DNA of 64,000 nucleotides from contig CP000069.1 of the NCBI GenBank assembly GCA_000002445.1, forward strand, positions 1,088,001 through 1,152,000, read 5' to 3'. The DNA is from Trypanosoma brucei. Lineage: Eukaryota. The notes under the pieces were generated by a model. That model did no database searches. It was not told the DNA's origin and saw nothing but the letters and a program-made list of their open reading frames with translations. Shown one piece after another: positions 1 through 11,400 of the stretch; the first letter of the stretch is position 1, and every line of letters starts with the position of its first letter. The translations under genes and the position numbers were made by a program.

Positions 1-369
1 GAGCACCTTCAATGCCCTTTAGAACATCCACAAATGCAGCGTGAGATTCTTCGAGTCGGCGGTGGTCAGAAGAATCCACCACGTACATAATGCAGTCCGT
101 GTTGCTGTAGTAATCCTGCCAATAGTCTCGCAGCGCCCGCTGGCCACCGAGATCACATAACTTAGCCCGTTTATTCCCACGTGTGAGTGTTTTGATATTA
201 AACCCTTGCGTTGGTCCCTCAGGTGCGGCGTGGGAAACTTTTCCCTCCACAGGCACCTCGTCTTCTCCCAATGCATTCAGTACGGTAGTCTTTCCAGCGT
301 TGTCAAGTCCCACTATCAGTACACGCGGCTCATTATCACGTTTCGCACGGCTACGGATCCCCTTAAGCA
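1..369 (-). CDS. ARF-like small GTPase (ARL family), 3' end (C-terminus) truncated by the window edge
   Basis: Reverse-complement translation from the ATG at 367-369 reads MLKGIRSRAKRDNEPRVLIVGLDNAGKTTVLNALGEDEV...KLCDLGGQRALRDYWQDYYSNTDCIMYVVDSSD. The P-loop GLDNAGKTT and switch II DLGGQ are characteristic of the Arf/Arl family. The ORF runs off the window start, so it is not in the ORF track. Confidence 0.75.
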
Positions 370-448
370 TTATCAAATAGATTACCCTTATTCCTCTTTC
401 TTTTTTCTTCTTTTTTATTGTTACCTTGGTGCTCCTCACAGACACAAG

Positions 449-478
449 CACACACACACACACACACACACACGCACA
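449..478. repeat. (CA)n dinucleotide microsatellite in the spacer just upstream of the ARL gene
   Basis: Direct reading: cacacacacacacacacacacacgcaca. Confidence 0.9.
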
Positions 479-1106
479 AAGACAGAGAGGCACAAACAAA
501 CAGTAAAACAGATACACAATTAAGCGGGACTACCTTTGAGAATACGATGCCCCCTGTAATGTTCTTTCTCCTTGTTCTCATCATCACATCTGTGAGTCTT
601 CTTCACGCTGTGCAGAAGAAAGTGTTCGATCTTCACACAGTCAAAAATGCTTCACAAATATTAGTAACTGTAACGTTCGAATAGGAGATCAAACAATAAA
701 TACAAAAAAATTAAAAAATAAAAGAATGAAACACCAACACACGAAATACGGTAGAGAAGAAAAAAAACATAAAATCAAATTTAAAAAAGACGATAAAACA
801 CAAAAGTATTTTCCGGAAACCAGAGTAAACAAGTCGACAATTTTTTGCGACCAGTTAAGAGAAAAAGGTCATTATAATGTGATGTGCAGCTTCACTTTCC
901 AAAAAAAAAAAGATCAGAATGCTGCAAGCATTTCTCCTTCGGATAGAAGCGCTTGTGTTCTGTAATGACACGCAAATGTCGGATGTACTGAATAATAAAG
1001 GAGCCAGTGATGCAAAAATATCCTCACTCCATTTAATATCCTCTTTGTCCTGGCGGGCAAAATCAGGAGGAAATGGAAGTACAATTGTTATAAAGCATTG
1101 AGTTAC

Positions 1107-1937
1107 TCAAGAATTGCTGCTACACGACACACACAGTTTGTTCTTGAGACACGTTGGCAATAACTCAATGCTGGAAAGTGTTTGATCCCTTGCACCGATG
1201 GTATCAGTCAGCCACTGCTCCAACTCAGTGGAACGTCCCACAAGATCTGCTACCTCACGGTCGAGAACGGCTATTTGGCGGGCGTTTTGTGCCCCCAGTT
1301 CCTCCAAATCGCGTTGCTCCAATTCAAGTTGCTCTCTTAGTTGCGCAACTGCGGCAGCGTATTCCTCCTCCTCCTCGCATCTTTCTGTTGGTGGCCCGGG
1401 GACCACAACGGCGGGGTTCAGCGCCCCTGCACCCCGGATCATGCTGGCTTCGAGGGCTTTCTTAACATCCTTCTCGAGTCTCTCTTTCTCGCTGTGAAGT
1501 TTTACGATATCCTCCTTAAGAGCATTAATGCGTATCTGAAGGGAAGTTGCGGCATTATCGCTCTCCCACAATTTTTGTAAGTTATCTAACTCCTGCAAGT
1601 GGCACACCCACTCGGCAACTAGGGTTTCCGATTTACTCACCTGTTTCTGTACATGCTCAGTAAGCAAAGTCTCTTCCACCTCACTTTGACGAATAGTGTC
1701 CGCACCAGACATTAGTTGCAACTGAGCTTGACGCTGCTCTTCCAATAGATGATCGAGTTCCTTTTTCAGTTCAACCTCACGTGCCTCACTCAACACCCGC
1801 TGCTGTTCCAGCTGTTGGTGCTCCTCTGTGACAAACGACAGTCGTGTTTCGGCTTCCTTCCGTTTCATCATCACCACACGCCGGCGAGTTTCGACAGCAT
1901 TGAGATGCTCCATCAGTGAAGCAACAGACGACTCCAT
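1107..1937 (-). CDS. Coiled-coil protein, hypothetical (about 277 aa from the internal Met MESSVASLMEHL)
   Basis: A 312-aa minus-strand ORF. It is E/L/Q/R-rich with a heptad-like composition (LEQQRVLSEAREVELKKELDHLLEEQRQAQLQL). The first 36 codons of the ORF derive from low-complexity upstream sequence, so the ATG at 1935-1937 is the preferred start. No catalytic motifs were recognised. Confidence 0.5.
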   Translation of the reverse strand: MESSVASLMEHLNAVETRRRVVMMKRKEAETRLSFVTEEHQQLEQQRVLSEAREVELKKELDHLLEEQRQAQLQLMSGADTIRQSEVEETLLTEHVQKQVSKSETLVAEWVCHLQELDNLQKLWESDNAATSLQIRINALKEDIVKLHSEKERLEKDVKKALEASMIRGAGALNPAVVVPGPPTERCEEEEEYAAAVAQLREQLELEQRDLEELGAQNARQIAVLDREVADLVGRSTELEQWLTDTIGARDQTLSSIELLPTCLKNKLCVSCSSNS

Positions 1938-2476
1938 AATTACAGTACAGCGAAATATATGTATATGTGTGTTGTTGGTTTCTTTCTGGTATGATATTCT
2001 CCTTCTTCTATAAACTGTTCTTTTTTCGTTCCGTATGTCAACCACGCCCCCCCCTCACAACGTGAAAAAGAAACAAAATAGGGTAGAGGAAACAAAAAAA
2101 AATGAATTATACGACAACGAAGACACTGTTTAGTGTCACACGTTCACTCATTATTACAAAGAGGATGCGAGGAGAAGGAAGAAAGCCACCAGTAAGTCAC
2201 TTCCCACACACACTTATGGAAGCGAAAAATTTTAAAAAACATGTGAGTGGCCACAAGCACCACTATCAAACAAGGAATTAAGGGGATGCGCCCCGTGTAT
2301 GTCTTTTGTACATAAACAGCACCAAACAATAATATTGAGTGCCCACAAAGACACAAACCATTTGCACCACGTGATACCAACAGAAACCAAGCACGAATAA
2401 GAATTTAGACCTACCCGCGGACACAAAAAACTCGGTGGCACATCACAAGAACAAAGAAATGAGGTATTTGTCAGCT

Positions 2477-5400
2477 CTACAACCCCTCCTCGAATACGCC
2501 GCGCTCTTGCTGGATCCACCGAGAAAGAAACACACCATCACACTGCCTTCTGGATGTGTCACCCCGCTGGGGACGAGAAGCGCTTCCCTCCACAGACAAA
2601 TTCGTGCCGTCACTGTTGTTATCATCAGCATCACCGCCCTCCCCACCTGAAGCCGCAGACCCGCACCTTTCAACGCAACCAACGAACATGTGGTAAAGTG
2701 CCCATAGCGGCATGTCACATTGCTCTATAACCCGCGGTAGAAGTTCCTTGCTTATTTTCTTCGCCTCCTCCACGGTGTTATCAGGTTGTGTTACGGGAAC
2801 CGTAACATCGAAGTAACACCCCATCAGCACTCCCCTCACGGTAATAAACACAAGTTGCCGCTCTAGCATGCACTGGGGTGCAAACACATCATCTACCACA
2901 AAAGAGAACTCCACGCCTTTCGCCAAGAGTGCCGTGATCAACGGTATCTCACGCAACTCCTCTTCAAGACATTTGGAAAAGAGATCTTTCGATAGAAGAA
3001 CGTTGGCGTATTTTTTTGACGGGAAAATAGAATCTTCCTCAATGCAAACATCATAAAAGACCCCTGTTGAGATACACACCACGCCCCTCTGCGATATCTC
3101 CACTCTCGTTGGATACGGGCGTGGTGCGAACAAATAACTGTAGCCATCCAACCGCACACTCAAGTGCCCGTTAGCTAAGGAAGCCACATTTACAAGGACT
3201 TGATGTCTTTCATCTTTTCCCTGCAAGCAAACAGCACCAATGCGCACTGTATTGAAATTACCCGTAGCACCAAAACCTTGAGTTGATAAAGTGACTAAGA
3301 CGTCCCCTTCGATTCCATCCAACGTGAAGGTACCCCGTCCTGTCAGCCGACGCTCAACATACTCCAACTGGAGCTCAAGAGAGAAGTACATAGGAATACC
3401 TTCCATCCAGCTCACATCAACACCTTTTTGCAATGACCCAACAAGTTTGTCGCTCAGTGTAACAAGACTTGCAAGCGGCATTTCAGACACTTCCATGGAT
3501 AGCGACTCAAAATTCCGGTTTAGTGCAACACGCTGAAGGCGACAAACAAAACTACCGCAGGCTGGCACCACCAATGTACCACTCAAGTTAACAGTCGGTT
3601 GTAGGAAAGACTGTGGCTGGTGTCCTAGCACGGCGTTAAAGTTAATGCTTAAATCACTGATAAAGGCATCAGGAAAGACATCCCCGATATCATATCGCGC
3701 ACTGGGTGACATTCCCGAGATCAAAATCTGTTCATCAGGGTAACCAATGCTGCCGGCCAACGTCAATTCAATAATGGGTTCCGTCCCCTCACCACTATCA
3801 AATTGCGTGTCATACGATACAAAGTTTATTCTCTTATGCTCCGTTACTGGCAATGCCATTTCCGATGGATCAACATTCGTAGCTTTCATACAAAGCTCAA
3901 TCTCAAACACCATATATCCAATCACCAAACCTCGTAAGCCAAAGTTGATATCATTCCCTGGTAACGTGAACCGAACGGTTGCATTAGGGCTATCCATCGT
4001 TGGCGCAGAAAGAATTATTTCCGTTTTCGTATTTTCCAAAAACTGCAGGGTGTACAGCAGTAGCAGTTTGTCGAAAATGGGACATGGGCAAGTTGCGAGG
4101 GAGGTGCGGCGGATAAAATTCACGCCAGGAAACAGCTGCATTTGGTGGTTGAGGGGTAATGGAGAGCACCCAGGAAACGTCAGTCGGTACCTCGGCGTGA
4201 ACACTAACGTATTGAGTGTAAACGCAATGAGTACCGGTTGACCGGAGAACCCGACATGATAGAGTAGAGGTAGTCTAGGGAAGTGTTCAATGGCCAGCCA
4301 GTTGATTTCCTTGATTTCCACTAATACCATCACCGACGCAACGTGCTCATTTAATGCATTGATTTTTTTTGTAACCAGCAAGTCCGTGTTTCTCTGTACG
4401 TGCAGAGACATGCTCCACAAAATGATTACGAAAGCACGAGCATTATGGAATCCGTAAAAGCTCTCTGCTAGCGTACCACCCTCCACAATCTTTGGATAAA
4501 ACCACGAAACGCTTTCCTTTTCGATGGAAAAATCACGAGACACCAACATTGGATTAGCAATTAACATGTTCAGCTTATCCACGCCACAGGAGTACCTTTC
4601 TGCTACCGCATGCAGTAAATACATGAAATCGTTTCCGGAGCGCCTTTCCGTGGATATGTACTTGTTGTCCGGAAGGTTCTTTGCCTTGGACGCATTCCTA
4701 AACACTTTACTCTGAAACGCAATATATTCTGATTTAAACCGCATGAAGTATTGGGCGATACGCCCATGGTGTTCAATGTCCTCAGGCTCACGGAGGCCAC
4801 TAACAACGCTCCTTGCTTGATCGTAGCCTGCACGGCACTGTTGACAAAATTCGTCTTCATGGCTATAGGCAGCATTTTTCCACGTCTCGTACATGCTGTC
4901 ACTGAGTGGACACCGTAAAAGGGATGATAATTTTGTCCTTGCGCCTTTCTCGAGTGACCAAAACACTTCAAAAAGCTCAAGAAATGACGCTTTGGGGATC
5001 CCCTTGAATCTCACTCGCCAGTATGATGTTGGAGTGTCTACAAAGAAGGACAATGAGTTTCCTTTTGGCGAGAAGGGTCTCTCCGCCACGGGGACGTAAT
5101 CTACTCCATTGTTACTTGTCTCAACAACTATAACCAACACCTCTTCTTCCATCTCTATAGCTTTAACGATCTCCTCCTGTTGAGCAGTTGAAGCCTTACT
5201 GATTTTCTTCCCGGTTTTCTTGGGAGCTCGTGGAGAAGAAGCGGAAGTCACCTCCAATGCTGCTAATTTTTCTAATTCCGCCTCTGCGTCGGGATTGGTT
5301 TCAACACGGCCGTTGACAAACACCTGCTTGAAATGTGGAGATGTATCGCTGTCAAAAAACCATGAAACAGAGGCTTCCGTTTCCATCCCACGCGAACGCA

Positions 5401-8400
5401 ATACAACAGTTTTTGCATTGTTATCAGACAAAAATATCGGCAACCGCACTTCATCGAATTTTTCTACTGCCATTTTCACATCGGGCGCCTTGGAGAAGTC
5501 GTAGCGAACGAATGCTTTACCGATAAAAGAATACCATTCAGCTTGGACATCGCACTCCTTTTTCCAACTTATAAAAGGCCCTGATTTAGAACTGAAACAC
5601 GTTTCCTCCAGATTATCTTCTGCAAGAACGGGTCGAAGCCGCCAGTGCGACGACATTCCTCGTGGTTTCCACCCTTGGCGCACCTTCCGAGAATCTGCAC
5701 TGTCATCGTTCCTCAGCGTAGCAACCGCTTGCCACGAGGAACCGTCAACAGAACGCTTTTCAACTACAAATGAAGAAAGTGGCGGCAACTCCGCCTCAAC
5801 AGCAACTACCTCGGTACAATTTCCCCTCAGGTTCAGGTCCTTTCCACTTGAGCCGGCTGCAATATCTCCCTTTGAGTCCACATGGTGGTAAAGGGTTGGT
5901 TTTGGGGTGTCGAATCGTATGCTACATATTCTTAGCGGCGAAGTTCCCACACGCTGTGTGACCCGAAGTCGCCAATACTGACAACAATCGCTTACATCCC
6001 ATGCTGCCTGCGCTAAGTTACCCCGAAGATTAAACGTTACCCCAACACCTCGCCACTCTACCGCATCGGAGCTACACTCAACCACGAACGCAGTGTAGGG
6101 ACTTTTGTTTTCATGGCATATCATGCAGACACCAACAACTTGCGTGGCGTCTTGCTTGCTGTCAAGAACTATTGACGACCCAACTTCTGCCGGCACAACC
6201 ACGTTTGCCACAGTATCACCGGAGGACCCCACTTCACACAGTACGAAGGGATCCAATAAACAGCTTAGATACAAAGAGTCCTCCAAATAAACGGACGGAC
6301 CCGTATACTCGAAGAAAGTTAAGTTTTCGTATATCGTGCTTTGTTCCCGTGCCTCCAGTTCTACGCTCCAGAATCGACGGGGTCCCCTGGGATGCCATGC
6401 AGCTCTGAAATAGTGGTCATGACTGTGCCACGTGCCGCATACCTCCCACTGTTCACCATTTGAACTGCAGGATATGATCCACATCACAGGTCGCGGTTTT
6501 CCAACACAAATACATGAAAACTCCATGACGTCAGACGGTTCCCTTTCCCCATAGTCTACTATGAGGTGCTGTCTGACAACCTTAGTAGCCCCGCTCTCGT
6601 CGACGGGGTTTTCGAACGCAACTGTGACCTTATCATCAACGAATAGCGAAGACATGGGTCCATTCAATGTACCGCTGCAAGCAACTCTTACCGGCAAAAC
6701 TCTGGAAGAAACCGAAGAAACTGTAAGAAGCAACATATGGAAATACAATACGGGATATTCGTGCCGACTGTCCACCTCCTCACATTCCAAACTGAAACGC
6801 CAGAACCTCCGTGAATGGTGTCCAACCCTCTCACTCCCCCAAATTGTCCGACACCGACTAGTTATTTGATGATGTCTTCCCACCGTTTGCCATAGAACAC
6901 CATCATCGCTGCACTCCACCACCCAGTTATCGTCGCATGGTTCTGAGCTCTGCATAGTCACCCCAACCAACAGCTTTTGGTAATTTTTAAAGTCAAGATT
7001 GATGACACAGTCGTGCCGCCTTATTCCCCATCTCAAATACCACGTAACGGGGAAAAATACTTCTGATTGAGAGACAGGCTTAGCCTCCGTTAGGTTAGTT
7101 ATCCCTTGTGTCTCCACGTCAAGCGCTGCCACAAGGTCCTCACAAAATGTATAAAAACGGGTTGGATATTTCGGGAACGAAGCGGCGCAGAGAATCTTTT
7201 TACCCTCAAAGGCAGGATGACGGAAATAGGTTGAGTTGCTCAACCTCATTGGTCCCTCCACAAGTTCCGATGTTACGATGTTCCAGCGAAGAACATGAGG
7301 GGACTTGATAACAAAGACCTCCTCCGGTTGGCTCCATATCTGGACAATATTCTCCACTTCCTCCATCTTCCATGGCAAATCTTTAAACATCGTCGCAGCG
7401 CTTTGAACACCACCACCCCCAGATGCGAATGCCCCCTTCTCAATGTCCCATAAAATAACATGACTTCCGCTAATGAACGCGACGATGTTGGGGGTCCTCA
7501 CGTTGGGATAAAATGCCGCGTTAACCCCTCTCAGGAATGGTGCAGGCAGTGTATCAAATGCAGGATGGGCTGCTATCGGTACCGCACGATGGCCAACCAC
7601 AACACCATTGGAACAATCTAATTCAACAAAGTGAGGGCCGCAGAACAACAGGCAGAAATCCCCATTTGGAAGAAGAGGAAGTATGCAATGCCGCTCGAAC
7701 CAACCTGCACTTGTCGACGTTGTGAAAACGGCACCAGGTGTCAAACAGTTTAATATATCCCTTGCTGGCGAAAGGAGACAGGGTGCATCGATTGTCACCA
7801 ACGTAGACTCCAATGGCGGTAGTGCAACGGTGGGATCGACAGGTATAGTTCCAACAACGTGCATTACCTCGTACAGAAGAAGACGCACAACGCCCGTGCC
7901 AACAGGCAGTTTGCTGACGAAGCGCACACGCCAAACGCACCCTACATGCGATACGCCCCAACAAACAGGTGTGATTGATGATGTAATAAAGAAATGTGCG
8001 TGTCTTACATACGCGATCCCGTCATCACTACTCTCGAGAAGGACTTCAACGGGCGCGACCTGAAGAACTCGGGGTTCTATGCACGACAGATTCAGTACAA
8101 TCACGAGCGCGCCGAAGGCGCAGGGATTCATAGGATCGTACCGAACCTCGATAGTCTGGGAAGGTTCTCCCAACAAACTCTCCTCAGTTTGTACAAACAC
8201 CGCACTTTCACACAGGAGCGGTGCGACCGTGGTAAAGTTATGGGGTAACACAACTGACAGAAGGTTTTCTGCGCACTCCGCACTCTGAGTAAGAGTACTT
8301 GTAACTGTACACTCCCTGTGAACGCTTCGATGAGCATCACATAAAATAACATCGTGAACACTGCACTCTGTTTCCAGCACCGTTCTACATATACTGCCAA

Positions 8401-11400
8401 GTGCTGTCATCGTATTTTGTCGAAACGCCATCGGCAGTCTCGACAAAACGGAAGAAGGAATGGTCTCAAACCGAACCTCGCACTTCGCGTCAGGGGAGTA
8501 AATGAAGTTTTTTACGGTTGCAACACGTCCACAGCGACCAATAAGCATCACCACCATCTCCTTCTCATGTGTAATGGAGCTCCCCTTTCCGTCACCGTTA
8601 TTGTTGTTTGCACTGATCTTTGCCGTTGTCCCCACCAAACTCTCTTCCCTTGTAGACCTAATACTCCCCATGCTCGCCCAATTATTGTTATTATTATCCT
8701 CTTGCTCTTGGCTCTCTTCCGTTTCACCACTTTTCTCCCACATCAGCATCGTCGCCATTGGGCCGTGAGGAAACACTTTCGACAGTGACGGTCCGAATAT
8801 GGTTTCACCTGCGTTACCCTTCCCATGATCCCCAACTCGCATCGGTCCTCCAACAAGGCACCTTTCCGTGATGTTGAACACAACGTATTCAAGCTGACAG
8901 AAGAAAAACACGAGCGGCGTGTTTGCCACCGGAACAGCGGCATTAATTCCTGAAAGAAACTTTTCTGGTAGCGATCGAAACTGTTTGTGACACCTCAATT
9001 TGAATAAACCACCACTACACCTCTGGCGGTAGCTATCCCACTCCAACCACTCCTCACCACAAAAAAAATATGCAGTTCGTGGGTTGACTGGGGAATTGAA
9101 GGCACAATCAAATCCACCCATAAAAGGAAAACTGTTCAGCCCCAACGTCTTGGACATGGGTTGTAAGGGAATATTCATGGAACGATTCTCCACGTTGAAA
9201 CAACACACGTGGTCTTTGATAAAAAACAGAGCATATTCGGTCAAATTTCCATCCTTTGTGCAAAGACAAATGGAATGCCATGTTTCACCGATGAGTGATG
9301 GCGGAACAACCTCAGGTTCCTGTGCTAACGCCCGTGCAGTAATCCCTTTTTCCATTTGTGCTGACAAGGGAAGCACCAACCGACCTCCGTTGGGTTTAGA
9401 ACGTCCCCCAGACTTCCTTTGCGATTCCGCCTCTTTCCTCATAAAGGACCACATACCCAACAAATCCTCATGAAATGGATCTTGTGTTATGATAGGGGCA
9501 TCTTTCTTGCGGTTCGCCGGCCTGGACACACGCTTAGTCAAACGTTTTTTTTCCACACGATCTACGGGAAGAGACGAAGACAAGGTGAGCATAGTTGTAG
9601 ACTCTGAGAGTAACCCCATAACTTGATTCCACTCAATATCACCGCTGCGTTCCCGGACATGTTCACGAGTCGCCGTCCCACTGCCCATCTGTAGACGTGC
9701 TGGATAGGGTGGAAGATTCACCAAATCATGTAGAAGCCGAGCAACCCATTCCACTGCGTTAGGACCAAGTACCTCGCTCAGGTAAAAGAGAACAAGGGAG
9801 CGAGTACTTTCAGTGAGACAAAGCTGTCGCAGCGTTCGCAGAAGTTTCCATTGACTTTGCGAAATATGGCACTCACCCGTGCGGTATGCAAAGAAAAGTA
9901 ACGCAGGTGGAAACCGAATAGCTTCCGAGAAAACTCTCGAGCCTTCAAGCCCCCCACCGTCGGTTGACAGGCAAATATCGCTCATGTAGTTGAAAGCTTC
10001 ATGGAGCACTTGACAGTTCTCCACTATGCCAATAACTTTCTTCGGAAGGTACCGCGAGGCGTGCAGTGAAATCTTCTCACCGTTGCTCAAAGCAAAGACA
10101 TTGGAATCAACAAAAATACACGCGTCACTGGATACATAGAGGTTAAAAACACTGCGGGGCACGTAAAAGAATCCACGATTCCCCACATTCTCCCCGAAGT
10201 TGCTTTGGCAGATAACATAGATGGTGTTGTGTATGTTTGTCTGCCCAACGACCTTAAGGGTCGTGTGAAATGAACGACCCATGGGCGATTCATTTGGTAT
10301 CACACCGTTCGGCAGTGCGAGCCACTCTACGCAAAAGCGCATGACGATAAGTATTGATCGCCGCATTTTACGAAACGCCCACAAAACAGCCCGTGTGTTG
10401 TCAAACAAGTTCGAGTGAGGGCCATCGACAATAAACAACCCTTGACGACGTCGCGAAAATGCAGCTCGAACCAAAGTCTCCATGTCAGCTACCTTACACC
10501 ACTTTTCCCATAGATAATAAAAGTCTCGTGTGGGTCTTTCTTTTCGACGGTTAAACGGTGCCGATTCCACAGGAAGGCAACCGACCATCAGCGCCACTTC
10601 ACACGCATGCCGCAACTCCATTCCCAAAGAAGTGGGAGGTATCTTAGCTAAGAAACGACCAACCGCATAGATCATATATGGATCAATAGCCACACCCTCG
10701 ATATCCGTCATCGCGCTCGCAACAGTAAGTGCACAACAGGTGTCTTCCCCAGCCGCATCGTCAATGTAGGCAGAAGCGAAGTTGATAATAGAAAAATCGT
10801 CATTTGATAACTGGGTCAACGGAATATCCAGCGAGGATAAAAGACTTATGCCGGTCATACTGTTCGTAACCTGCACACCGCCATAGCTATACAACCCAAA
10901 TCGTACAAGATGCTGCACGCACAGTTGAGAGCAAGGTTTGAACCTTTGGTGTTTTATCATTACTCTTGACAAGTGAAGAAGCGCCGACGGTCGCAGATAA
11001 CAGTCCACCGTTACGTCATCATGGAGTTGAGATAAGAATCTATACGCACCATTGGACAAACATAGAGTGTGATTTCCACATACGCTACACGCATCCGCAT
11101 CGTCATGGTTCTTCCTATGCATCTCCTCAGCGTCACTGCTGTCAGCTGACGAGCTGTCGAAACACCGTGTGGCTCCCGATGAGGCAGACGATAACGGGTT
11201 TACCACTTTCGTACTGCCCTCAGCGTTCAATTTTTCTGAATTTACGCGCTTTCTCTCCAGTCTAGCGACATTGTCTACCAGACAGCGCTGCAACGTTGTA
11301 TTCCGAGGACAAGTGCCCTTAACACCGTGGAGGTGCTCGCTCAACACACTCTCAATCATGATCACGATATCATCGCTCAGTTTATTCTTGCATTCATAAG